Counted from the first letter of the stretch, positions 9,978 through 19,326 are shown. The stretch: 53,696 bases of DNA from Gammaproteobacteria bacterium (GCA_030432465.1 JAUIHB010000001.1:1-53696), one strand, 5' to 3'. Notes: generated by a model from the sequence alone, not told the origin. Made by a program: numbers and translations.

Positions 9978-10616
9978 TCAGGTTTTTCCGTACAACCCTT
10001 TAATATCGGCAACAGGCCTTGATATGCCGACAAAAACATCTGTAGTGCCATCTTCCCAAACTTCAATATCCAAACTAAACATATCATCATCTGATGCCAA
10101 GCTAACTGATTCAAAGGGTTCTGAACCATCTTCTTCATATTGATTGCGTGTTTGGTTACGCTTATCTTGCTGATAGAAATAACCGCTATTCCACTCACCT
10201 TGTTGACGATAGCTTTTACCAAGCCATCTTTCATAATCACTAGCGTCACCTACTACTTCAACAGGCATTCTGCTAACGCCTTCATCAAATACTGCACCAA
10301 ATGCATCCATATCAAATAATTCTTCAACTTCTTCTCGATCAAGTTTCATCGTGAAATTAATCCATTTTTCACCATCTTCATTTTCAACACTCATATGAAC
10401 GGGCAATTGCTCTGGACCTTCTAATAAAAACTCAGTCACTTTTTCATGCTGGTATTCATAAGTATTAATTTCCATAACTTGAAATGTTTTTCCACGTAAC
10501 TCTTTAGGTAAGCCGAAAGAGTCAACTAGCTCTAGCATATCACCAACCTTGAGATCTTTAGGATCAGACAACTGTCGAATAGACTCTTCTTTTTTTCCAA
10601 AAAGTTTTTTAAACAT
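9978..10616 (-). CDS. Acidic DUF4178-like protein
   Basis: Amphipathic MFKKLFGK N-terminus, LKVGD motif, aromatic/acidic beta-rich body; position after pspA fits DUF4178/YjfK-type partners. Confidence 0.6.
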   Translation of the reverse strand: MFKKLFGKKEESIRQLSDPKDLKVGDMLELVDSFGLPKELRGKTFQVMEINTYEYQHEKVTEFLLEGPEQLPVHMSVENEDGEKWINFTMKLDREEVEELFDMDAFGAVFDEGVSRMPVEVVGDASDYERWLGKSYRQQGEWNSGYFYQQDKRNQTRNQYEEDGSEPFESVSLASDDDMFSLDIEVWEDGTTDVFVGISRPVADIKGLYGKT

Positions 10617-10656
10617 TTGATTTACTCTTTTGAACTTATACCTTCAGTAGGCAAAT

Positions 10657-10688
10657 AAAAAAGTCAGGTGAGTATTCACCTGACTTTT
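10657..10688 (-). terminator. Intra-operon intrinsic terminator / stabilising hairpin after pspA
   Basis: Perfect 13-bp inverted repeat AAAAGTCAGGTGA-gtat-TCACCTGACTTTT with U-tract on minus strand, 9 nt past the pspA stop. Confidence 0.85.
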
Positions 10689-10697
10689 CATGTTATG

Positions 10698-11381
10698 TTA
10701 CTTCTTTTTTAAACGAGCTAAAATGTCATTTGCTTGAGATTTGGTTTCTCCGATTCCCGCTTTAGCTAAACGATCTTTCAATGCTACATCTGTATTTTCA
10801 GCATTTAGTTCCTCAGAAGCTTTAATTTTATCTTCTGTTCGTTGCTGTCTTTCTTTAATACGATTTAAAGAGTCACGTGCTGCTGCTGTTTTCGATACAT
10901 TTGAAGACAAAGAATCATTTACCGAGACTCTAGCTTTTTGTACACTTTCAGTAGTTTTCACTACAGATAATTCACGTTTATTTTCTTGAATCGACTTTTC
11001 TGCTTTTCTGATTTGATCTTTCAAGCTAACAACACTCGCTTTGTAATTATCTAAAACAGGTTGCAATTCATTAACTTCATTCTCGTACTCAGCAATTTTT
11101 TCCGCAACTTCTAATGCTAAACCTTCGTCACCCTTTTCTAACGCTTGTGATGCATAAGTTTCGTGCTCACCAATGCGATCTTTTAATGCGTTAATCTGGC
11201 GCGCAGTCTTTGATTGATCCGCCATTACATCAGTTAACGAATCTTTCGCTCGAGCTATTGCATTTTCCTGATCAACAATTTCCTGCTCAAGAATACGAAT
11301 AGCATTTACATCAACAATCGATTCACCAACTTCTCTAGCTCCACCCCTAATTGCAGTTACAATTTTCTTTAATATACTCAT
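10698..11381 (-). CDS. PspA/IM30 (ESCRT-III-like) family protein, YjfJ-type
   Basis: MSILKKIVTAIRGG...RILEQEI, ALEKGDEGLALEVAEKIA, long coiled coil, C-terminal ILARLK; adjacent to YjfI rather than pspF/pspBC. Confidence 0.92.
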   Translation of the reverse strand: MSILKKIVTAIRGGAREVGESIVDVNAIRILEQEIVDQENAIARAKDSLTDVMADQSKTARQINALKDRIGEHETYASQALEKGDEGLALEVAEKIAEYENEVNELQPVLDNYKASVVSLKDQIRKAEKSIQENKRELSVVKTTESVQKARVSVNDSLSSNVSKTAAARDSLNRIKERQQRTEDKIKASEELNAENTDVALKDRLAKAGIGETKSQANDILARLKKK

Positions 11382-11432
11382 ATTCTTTCTCCTGACGCTA
11401 ATGTTAATTCAAATTCAATTTGTCAATTTCAA

Positions 11433-11849
11433 TTAATTTAAAAATTGTTCCAATGCTTCCAACGCTTCTAATGAGTTTTCAGCTTGAGTCACTAATTCGT
11501 GAGCAATATTTTCAACTAATGTCCCAACACTCATCGCACCAAATAAAACATATTGTTCATCGATGACACCAAATGAGCTCAGCGGTACATTGACGGTTAG
11601 TTGTAACAACGTACTATTTAACTCATTAACCAAATCAGGTTTAACTTCTGACTTAGTAAATAAATTAGTTACACATAAAATTTGCTCATCAGTTGCTGTT
11701 ACATAAACAGGTAATTCATCAAAACCTTCTACCGTTACTTGTAAAACAGTAATTTCGCCTTCACCATTTTCTTGCATTGGTAGTACATCTAGAGCAAAGC
11801 CATCTTGCACAAAACCATTCAGTTTAATTGCGAGTTCCTTTAATGACAT
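11433..11849 (-). CDS. YjfI (DUF2170) family protein, CesT-like chaperone fold
   Basis: ELPVYVTATDEQIL, VPLSSFG, YVLFGAMS motifs; directly upstream of the pspA homolog as in yjfI-yjfJ. Confidence 0.85.
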   Translation of the reverse strand: MSLKELAIKLNGFVQDGFALDVLPMQENGEGEITVLQVTVEGFDELPVYVTATDEQILCVTNLFTKSEVKPDLVNELNSTLLQLTVNVPLSSFGVIDEQYVLFGAMSVGTLVENIAHELVTQAENSLEALEALEQFLN

Positions 11850-11872
11850 GATGTAGATATCCTCATAGTTAT

Positions 11873-11885
11873 GACATAAAATGTC
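11873..11885. promoter_or_regulatory. Palindromic operator copy 1 (GACATAAAATGTC)
   Basis: GACAT-N3-ATGTC, identical to the copy at 11912-11924; lies just downstream of the predicted transcription start. Confidence 0.75.
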
Positions 11886-11897
11886 GTCGTTGCAGTT

Positions 11898-11926
11898 AAG
11901 ATAACGCTGCCGACATAAAATGTCAA
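11898..11926 (-). promoter_or_regulatory. Internal sigma70 promoter for yjfI-pspA and downstream genes
   Basis: Minus strand TTGACA (11926-11921), 17 nt spacer, TATCTT (11903-11898). Confidence 0.75.
11912..11924. promoter_or_regulatory. Palindromic operator copy 2 (GACATAAAATGTC) overlapping the -35 box
   Basis: Exact 13-bp repeat of 11873-11885, offset 39 bp. Confidence 0.75.
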
Positions 11927-11939
11927 CAGCAAATTTAAA

Positions 11940-13673
11940 TTATTTTTTAGCTGGAGCATAAACTCCAACATCACGCTGCCATGCTTGGGTGTGATACTGA
12001 TAAATCACCCCACTTCCTAAGTAATTAACCTTAGCGTCAGTTAAATCTTGATAATAGTTGCTGGGCATAGCAAAGGCCCCATTCAATAACGGTAAAGTCA
12101 CATAACCGTTATCTACTGGCAACTGAGTATTTTGTTTTATTCGCTCTGAAGGAGGACTGCCCATAATACTGGCAATAGTCCATCCCCATTCACCAAACGA
12201 AGGGACATTTTGTCGATATTGCTCTACATGGTCAAATCCAGCCTGTTTAACCGTTTTACCAATACTTAAAAAAGCACTCCGAGCATGAAATGGCGAAGTT
12301 GATTGAACCACCATAATGCCATCTCCACTGAGCAACTGTGCTACTCGAGCATAAAAGTAATCAGAATACAGCTTATTTAAATCGGGATGGCTAGGATCAG
12401 GCAAATCAATAATGACAGTATCAAATTTTTGATTGGATTCGAGTAATTTTTCAATTTCTATGAAAGCATCACCAAAAATCACTTCGACTCGGGAATCTTC
12501 AAATGCCGCTTCATTGAGCACCATCAATCGTTGTTTAAGTTGTAGAGTTTTTTCATCCGTATTTCTCGTGTACTTCTCTGAAAATAATTCCACAAGACCT
12601 TTATCCAAGTCAACCAAAGTAACCGCTTTAGGCTCCCACTTAAGCACATCGCGTAACCCTAACCCGTCACCGCCACCAATAATAAGTACCTTATCATGAC
12701 GAGCAGAAGCCAACATGGCGGGGTAAGTCAGCATTGCATGGTAAATCCTTTCATCTAAACTACTAAATTGTAATCGTCCATTTAAATACATATCTAATAC
12801 AGGTTCTTGACGAGAACCAAAAGAACGCTGAGTAAAGGTAATATTTTGGTATTGAGTATTGGCCTGATAAATCACCTTATCGCGGTATAAAACATTGGAA
12901 AAATCACTCATCCAACGTGCACCACTATCAGCTACGATAAGCAATAACCCTAATAGACATAAATGAAAAAAGACGAGCCAACCCGGTCGCTTGATTTTTT
13001 GCCAATAACGCCACAGAAAAATGCCACCAGCAACAACATTCAACAAAGCAGTTAACACAGCAGCCAGAGTAATGTCCAAAGATAACATTAATGTGACCCA
13101 GACAAACGCTCCCATACCTGCTCCGATGTAATCCGCTCCGTATATAGTGCCAACATTATTCTCTAGATGTTGACCGTAAACTGCTTCTCGGACTTTGGCG
13201 ATAAGCGGAATTTCCATCCCAATAAGTAAACCTAGAATAAAACCAAATATAAATGGTAAAAATCGTGCGTAGTATTGAAATTGCTCTATTACGCCCCCTC
13301 TTATTATGGTGTCTGGCGGCATATTATAGGTTGTTGATAATAGTTCGGGTAACAATCCAGTGAGCGCAATAATACCAGCAATTAGCAAGGTGGCGCTGAC
13401 ACCTATTAATGCAACTATTGCTTCTAACCATGCAAATGCAGAGAAAGGATCTTTGAACCACTTAGCAGTCCACGCACCAACCCCCATGGCAACGATCATC
13501 AATCCAATCATGGTATAAATGGTTGTTTCCATTATGCCAAGTACGCGACCTGCATAGTGAGACAACAAATATTCATAAATCAGTCCACAAGCTGCAAGAA
13601 CCATCATGATACCCATTAAAAAGATATCATGACGGATCAACTGCCAACGTTTCGTTTTTTCAGCAACAATCAT
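11940..13673 (-). CDS. Membrane-anchored polyamine aminopropyltransferase (spermidine synthase-like), paralog 1
   Basis: About 7 N-terminal TM helices (ACGLIYE, GMEIPL, ADYIGA); catalytic domain LQFSSLDERIYH, LIIGGGDG, IIDLPDP, VPSFGEWG. Confidence 0.9.
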   Translation of the reverse strand: MIVAEKTKRWQLIRHDIFLMGIMMVLAACGLIYEYLLSHYAGRVLGIMETTIYTMIGLMIVAMGVGAWTAKWFKDPFSAFAWLEAIVALIGVSATLLIAGIIALTGLLPELLSTTYNMPPDTIIRGGVIEQFQYYARFLPFIFGFILGLLIGMEIPLIAKVREAVYGQHLENNVGTIYGADYIGAGMGAFVWVTLMLSLDITLAAVLTALLNVVAGGIFLWRYWQKIKRPGWLVFFHLCLLGLLLIVADSGARWMSDFSNVLYRDKVIYQANTQYQNITFTQRSFGSRQEPVLDMYLNGRLQFSSLDERIYHAMLTYPAMLASARHDKVLIIGGGDGLGLRDVLKWEPKAVTLVDLDKGLVELFSEKYTRNTDEKTLQLKQRLMVLNEAAFEDSRVEVIFGDAFIEIEKLLESNQKFDTVIIDLPDPSHPDLNKLYSDYFYARVAQLLSGDGIMVVQSTSPFHARSAFLSIGKTVKQAGFDHVEQYRQNVPSFGEWGWTIASIMGSPPSERIKQNTQLPVDNGYVTLPLLNGAFAMPSNYYQDLTDAKVNYLGSGVIYQYHTQAWQRDVGVYAPAKK

Positions 13674-13753
13674 TGTAAGTACTCACTGACAAAACTCAAC
13701 TTGTGGTAAAATAACGTAATATAAATTACTCATTGTTGCTCTTAAGTCGGCTA

Positions 13754-14647
13754 TCAAACTAATGCGGTTAACACTAAGCCTAAAGAGATAAAAATAGCCC
13801 CCTCAACAGCGGCAACACCAACATTTTGTTCACGATCCACTTCTTCAGCCACATCAACTCCGGTCAACACCAGTTTTCTGACCAAAATAGCAAGAATGGC
13901 AAAAATAGGCATTGTCACCAAAGCGACTCCAGCCCATAGCACTGCCGATAACCAATAATGCTCAAGAGAAAAAGTCACAACGTGAGATGCTGTTGTTACC
14001 ATAAGTGCTGCACCGATGATAAATGCTGCATAACGCAAGGCTAGTGCGGTATTACCTTCAGAAATTGCCGTTTGTAAACAGTTATTTGAACCGGTATTAC
14101 GAACTTTAAACAGTTTCACTCGATATAAAGAAGCAACTAACATCACAATTTGCGACAATACAAAAGCAACTAATAATAAAGGGATTATGCTGAAATCCGA
14201 ATTAGGCATCCAAACCATAACAGAGCGGACAATTAAGCCAACCCCAACCATGTGGCCGACATCCACCAATGCACAAGCAACGTTACCTTTCGCCAACTCA
14301 CCATGAATATCCATTTGGCGAAGTACAAATTTATCTTGAATTAAGCGTCCAGCTAATATCAAAACCAACCCAATTGCACCAAACACAAGCATAGAGATCA
14401 CTTCAGCAATCATGGCATCAGCGGCTTCTCCGGAAGAAACGCCGGTCAACATAATGGCAAGTGCTAAAATAGCACCACCAAAGCTAATCCCAAAAGCTGC
14501 ATTATTATTAGCTACTAGTTCATTTTGCGAATGCACATTAGCTAATACCCCTTTCAAAAATTTCAAACTTACCAAAAGCGCCACAACGATTAATAAATCG
14601 AGAGCCAGCACTTGAGCATTCCAGATATACATTTGATTAAATTGCAT
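13754..14647 (-). CDS. DUF350 family membrane protein (duplicated domains)
   Basis: About 8 TM helices with repeated motifs ELVANNNAAFG, ELAKGNVACAL, ISEGNTALAL, EVDREQNVGVA. Confidence 0.85.
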   Translation of the reverse strand: MQFNQMYIWNAQVLALDLLIVVALLVSLKFLKGVLANVHSQNELVANNNAAFGISFGGAILALAIMLTGVSSGEAADAMIAEVISMLVFGAIGLVLILAGRLIQDKFVLRQMDIHGELAKGNVACALVDVGHMVGVGLIVRSVMVWMPNSDFSIIPLLLVAFVLSQIVMLVASLYRVKLFKVRNTGSNNCLQTAISEGNTALALRYAAFIIGAALMVTTASHVVTFSLEHYWLSAVLWAGVALVTMPIFAILAILVRKLVLTGVDVAEEVDREQNVGVAAVEGAIFISLGLVLTALV

Positions 14648-14665
14648 GATTATTTTCCCCTTAAA

Positions 14666-15610
14666 CTATTTGCCACGACGCGGACCACGGCTAGTTCGTG
14701 AACTGCCACGTCGTCCAGAGCTGGTAACGGTATTACGATACGATGAAGACTGACGAAAACTGCCAGATGATGGCCTTGCCTTACTAGTACGACTCATACT
14801 CGTCGCACCTGAGCGCTGCTTGGCGTACGGACTATTAAACCGTTTACCTTGTTGGCGAAAATTTTTCTCCGTACGTGTTTCTAATTGATTTTGTCGAGCC
14901 ATCGCTGATGGCTTAGTATACCGAGAGCGACCATAATCATGATAATAAGAATAAGGCCTATTTCCTGACCAGCTAGAATAGCGATACCGATGATCAGTCA
15001 AATTGGAAAATAACGCATACATACCATACCATTCCCAAATACTAATCCCGCTACTGTTGGTTTTCCAGTTTCCATACTGAGGGTTTCCAACTAACTGAGA
15101 ACCTACTGTATTTTGAGAACCGTTAATCCTTTGCTCTACATTTTTATCAACGGACTGCACTCGAGGTAACTTTCCATTAGACAGATCAGCCAATACGTTA
15201 ATTGTGTCAGACAAAGCGTCATTGAAGACTTGGCGGTCTAGTGCGTCTTTTAACGCCTGAGTTTCGGCAAGTGTCTGTTCTAACAAATTGGCAGTATCGC
15301 CCGGATGCTTTTTAACTTCCTCTAATCGTTCAACAAGTCCCTGTACAAAAGGACCATCAACTTCACCATTTTTGGCCAAATTATCGATCAGGGTCGCATG
15401 TTCCGGGGTAATTTTTTTTAGTCGTTTGGCATAGTCAGCTAATAATACCGCATTACTAACATTACCCGACTGAAGTGCTTGCTTGAGTTGTTCGAGCTTA
15501 CGCTCGACAATTGGTACCTCTGATTGTATTTGTTCATTCAACCGATCGGATTTACTACTACAAGCTGAAAGAACCAGTACAAAAAATATCAATATCCAGT
15601 GTTTGTACAT
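14666..15610 (-). CDS. Lipoprotein with helical body, aromatic-rich motif and Arg/Ser/Gly-rich tail ending RRGK
   Basis: Lipobox LSAC; LVGNPQYGNW...IWEWYGMYALF; low-complexity basic C-terminus; AGGAG RBS. Confidence 0.8.
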   Translation of the reverse strand: MYKHWILIFFVLVLSACSSKSDRLNEQIQSEVPIVERKLEQLKQALQSGNVSNAVLLADYAKRLKKITPEHATLIDNLAKNGEVDGPFVQGLVERLEEVKKHPGDTANLLEQTLAETQALKDALDRQVFNDALSDTINVLADLSNGKLPRVQSVDKNVEQRINGSQNTVGSQLVGNPQYGNWKTNSSGISIWEWYGMYALFSNLTDHRYRYSSWSGNRPYSYYHDYGRSRYTKPSAMARQNQLETRTEKNFRQQGKRFNSPYAKQRSGATSMSRTSKARPSSGSFRQSSSYRNTVTSSGRRGSSRTSRGPRRGK

Positions 15611-16195
15611 TTGAACTCCTAATTATGATTACAGATAATCAATCTGCCTAGCTAAAATGGAGAAATTTTGAACGAATCAAAACTTATTTTCTTGCTCTAC
15701 AATAGCAGAACGTTTTATCAAAAAAGATTAGCAACTTAATCATTTTGGTTAAGAAAATAGACCCATTCTTATATTGATAACCCACAACTTTTTATATTTT
15801 CATTAGAGTAAGTATTTAGACTACCCATTAATGATTCACTAATAAAACGTGGTATCTCCATCAACACGGAATCTATAGTAAATGCAGTGCAAACGCAAAC
15901 ACTCAGACCACACCACAATAATAATTTCCCTAGATGAATAGGCAATTCGCTTGCATTCTCTTCTCCATGGTTTCGAGCAAAACGAACAAAACGCTAAAAT
16001 ATTGCATATTATTGAGAAATCGATATTTTGGTTATTTTATGGACAGCCAGAGGTTCTTTATCGCTGTTATAGAGGTAATAGTGTCGACATCTCAAATTAA
16101 TTGCCTTTTTGCCGCCTAAAAAACTAATAAATTTGGGGTATTTTGATTTCTTGGCTAAGCTAAATTTATGATATCAGCGAAAGAAAAACGACTAT

Positions 16196-18880
16196 TTGAG
16201 TAATCCAACGTCACATACCTCGCAATCCGAGCCAGATAAACAGCCAAATCCCCAATCTAAACAGCTTGAGCTGCAAATGGTTGCGGAGGCCAAAGAGCAT
16301 GCTGAAAAAGTACAGCAAGCCTTATTAGATATCGCTAGCTTAGGCGGAGACGTAAAAAATATTCAGTCTTTTTATCAAGACATACATATGATCGTGAGCC
16401 GCTTAATGTATGCTCGCAACTCCTATATTGCGCTAATAACGCCTGATGGAAAGCATGTTAAATTTGAGTACTATATCGATGAAGAAGACGAAAAGGACGA
16501 CCCATCACAATGGGAGGCAGAGCCCATTAGTCGTTTTAAAAAACGTTTGACTGGATATATTTTACGCACTGGGAAAACTTTACTCGCCGATGGCTCACAG
16601 TTACAAGCACTCGAAGAACAAGGAGAAATAGTTTTACGAGGCGCACTTGCCTCTTATTGGCTAGGCGTGCCACTAATTTACGATAATAAGGTTATGGGCG
16701 TACTTGCGGTTCAAAGCTACCAAAAAGAAATAAGCTATAGTGAAGAAGATAAAAAAGTCTTAACCTTCGTCGGCCAACAAATATCAGCGGCACTTAAACA
16801 AAAAGTCTATGAACAGCAATTGCATTCATACAATGAGCAACTAGAACAAAAAGTTGCTGAACGTACCGCAATGCTTCAGAAAATTAACCAAGATATGGAA
16901 AAGGAAATTCAGGAAAGAAAGCGAGCCGAAAATTTACATGCCGCTCTCTTCAAAATATCAGAGCTCACCAATATTGCTCGAGATCTTAATGAGTTTTACT
17001 TGTCGTTACATAAAATAATCAATGGTATAATGCCATCAAAAAATTTGTATATTGCTATTTTAAGCGATGACAAAACACGCATATCATTTCCTTATTATGC
17101 CGATGAAATTGATAGTACGCTTCATGATAGAGAAATCAACTTTACTCAGCCAATAAAAACCGTTTCACCGACTGAACAAGTACTACGCACAGGAAAATCA
17201 ATTTTAATCAATAAAAATAATCGCCAAAAATGGGTTGATAGCAAACTTATTCAAGGTGTCATACCTGAAACTTGGTTAGGTGTTCCTCTCACAGAAAAAA
17301 AGGAAGTTTTTGGTGTACTTACGATTCAAAGCTACCTCAAAGGAAAATCTTATTCAAAACTAGATGCAGAAGTCTTAACATTTGTCGCACAGCAAATATC
17401 AACAGCGCTTACTCGTAGAAAAAGTGCTGAACATTTGCAAGCAGCTCATCAACAAATGAAACAAATAAATGATGAGCTAGAGCAACGCGTCACAGAGCGT
17501 ACCAGTGAGCTTTCTGTCACCAATAATTCACTGCAAAAAATGCTTGATGAGCGTAACCAAATGCAACAAAAGCTATCCTATGAAGCCTTTCATGACAGCT
17601 TAACTGGGTTACCTAACCGGACGTTGTTCATTGACAGAATGGATCAATTACTAAAACGCATTAAACGAGATGAAAATATCACTTTTAGCGTGTTTTTCTT
17701 AGACTTAGATCGCTTTAAAGTCATCAACGACTCACTTGGTCACATTATGGGGGATTTGTTGCTTAAACAAGTTGCAGTTCGCCTGCTAGAATGTGTTAGA
17801 CCCAATGATACTGTTGCCCGTCTTGGTGGTGATGAATTTTGTATTTTGCTTCAGGATATATCAAGTGAAAGGGATGCCGCAGTCATAGCAGGAAGAATTC
17901 TTCATTCCATATCAAGACCTTTTAAATTAAAAGATCACCAAGTTTTCACCTCAACCAGCATTGGTATTACACTCAACAACAAAAACTATACTAGCCCTGA
18001 AAGTGTGTTACGCGATGCAGATGCTGCAATGTATCATGCTAAAGAAAATGGTAAAGATCGCTACGCGCTATTTGACATTGAAATGCATGAGAATGCAATG
18101 AAACGTCTTAAGGTTGAAAGTGAATTGCGTAAAGCCATTCAACAGCATGAAATAAAAGTTTTTTACCAGCCCATTATAGATTTATGGGATAATAAAATTA
18201 TCGCTTTTGAAGCCCTTGCAAGATGGACACATTCACGTTTAGGGTTTATCAGTCCAGATGAATTTATTCCAATTGCAGAAGAAACTGGGCTGATATACAG
18301 TTTAGGCGACTCTGTATTAAATCAGGCTCTTCATCAGCTAAGTGAATGGCAATCTAAGTATCCTCAGGCTGAGTCGATAGCAATGAGTGTTAATTTTTCC
18401 TCAAAACAAATCGAACAACATGATTTATTTGCAGATATTAAATTATCTTTATCAGAAAATAATATTCAACCTGAGTGCTTGAAAGTTGAAATTACAGAAA
18501 GCCTTTTAATAGAAAATGCCAAGCTTGCTCAAAATTTATTACAGTCTCTTGCTGATCTTAAAATTCCTGTGTTATTAGATGACTTTGGTACGGGATATTC
18601 TTCATTAAGCTACCTACATAAATTTGTCTTGAACACCATTAAAATTGATCGCTCTTTCATATTCGCAATGGAAACTAATAAAAAGCACCACGCAATAGTC
18701 AAAACGATCGCCTTTATGGCCGCTAATTTAGATTTGGATGTCGTAGCCGAAGGTGTTGAAACAGAAAAGCATGCCTCCTTATTAAAAGAAATGGGGATCC
18801 GTTATGCGCAAGGTTATTTCTTTAGTAGACCAGTCCCTGGAGAAGAGGCTTTAGAACTTATCAAACAATATAATAATTAA
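16196..18880 (+). CDS. GAF-GAF-GGDEF-EAL diguanylate cyclase/phosphodiesterase
   Basis: Two GAF repeats (WLGVPL...GVL..QSY) each followed by coiled coil; HDSLTGLPNR, DLDRFK, RPND I-site, GGDEF, FEALAR, DDFGTGYSSL. TTG start uncertain. Confidence 0.93.
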   Translation: MSNPTSHTSQSEPDKQPNPQSKQLELQMVAEAKEHAEKVQQALLDIASLGGDVKNIQSFYQDIHMIVSRLMYARNSYIALITPDGKHVKFEYYIDEEDEKDDPSQWEAEPISRFKKRLTGYILRTGKTLLADGSQLQALEEQGEIVLRGALASYWLGVPLIYDNKVMGVLAVQSYQKEISYSEEDKKVLTFVGQQISAALKQKVYEQQLHSYNEQLEQKVAERTAMLQKINQDMEKEIQERKRAENLHAALFKISELTNIARDLNEFYLSLHKIINGIMPSKNLYIAILSDDKTRISFPYYADEIDSTLHDREINFTQPIKTVSPTEQVLRTGKSILINKNNRQKWVDSKLIQGVIPETWLGVPLTEKKEVFGVLTIQSYLKGKSYSKLDAEVLTFVAQQISTALTRRKSAEHLQAAHQQMKQINDELEQRVTERTSELSVTNNSLQKMLDERNQMQQKLSYEAFHDSLTGLPNRTLFIDRMDQLLKRIKRDENITFSVFFLDLDRFKVINDSLGHIMGDLLLKQVAVRLLECVRPNDTVARLGGDEFCILLQDISSERDAAVIAGRILHSISRPFKLKDHQVFTSTSIGITLNNKNYTSPESVLRDADAAMYHAKENGKDRYALFDIEMHENAMKRLKVESELRKAIQQHEIKVFYQPIIDLWDNKIIAFEALARWTHSRLGFISPDEFIPIAEETGLIYSLGDSVLNQALHQLSEWQSKYPQAESIAMSVNFSSKQIEQHDLFADIKLSLSENNIQPECLKVEITESLLIENAKLAQNLLQSLADLKIPVLLDDFGTGYSSLSYLHKFVLNTIKIDRSFIFAMETNKKHHAIVKTIAFMAANLDLDVVAEGVETEKHASLLKEMGIRYAQGYFFSRPVPGEEALELIKQYNN

Positions 18881-18927
18881 TCAGCATACTAGTTAATTGA
18901 TATCAGAATGTTTCTAATTTTTGAAAA

Positions 18928-19326
18928 TTAAGCAACACTATTATATTTTGCATAAATAATATTTTCTTCTTTATGTATACGTTGAGACAAGATTGCCAGC
19001 AATAATCCAAACTCTTTAGCAAACTCAATACCTGAACCACCATTTTCATATTTTTTAAAAAATTTCAGTGCATCATTAGAAATTTTATCCATATCCTTTG
19101 CAAACAATTCCAAGGTGCGCTTTAACTCTGGGCTCGTTTTTGCCTCTCGCTTTAATGTTGGGTACAACTGGTGATCTTCTTTTTCCAAATGTGCCAACAA
19201 TCCAGCCTTCGCTAAAGCGAGTTTTTTTTGACCTTCATCACTGGTAACCCCAAGCAATTTAATTTCATTCAATTGTGCAACAATCGATTGGTGCTCTCTG
19301 ATAAGCTCATCAACTAAATGCGTCAT
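18928..19326 (-). CDS. Hemerythrin-like (HHE) domain protein
   Basis: LIREH, AHLEKEDHQLYP, RIHKEENIIY four-helix metal-binding pattern; AGGAG RBS. Confidence 0.8.
   Translation of the reverse strand: MTHLVDELIREHQSIVAQLNEIKLLGVTSDEGQKKLALAKAGLLAHLEKEDHQLYPTLKREAKTSPELKRTLELFAKDMDKISNDALKFFKKYENGGSGIEFAKEFGLLLAILSQRIHKEENIIYAKYNSVA

Noticed and set aside
9971-10249. 92-aa alternative-frame ORF inside the DUF4178-like gene
   Set aside because: Almost entirely overlaps a better-supported CDS; no recognisable motif.
15934-16119. 61-aa ORF in the divergent intergenic region
   Set aside because: No clear RBS or motif; composition resembles translated AT-rich promoter DNA. No riboswitch consensus recognised in this region either.
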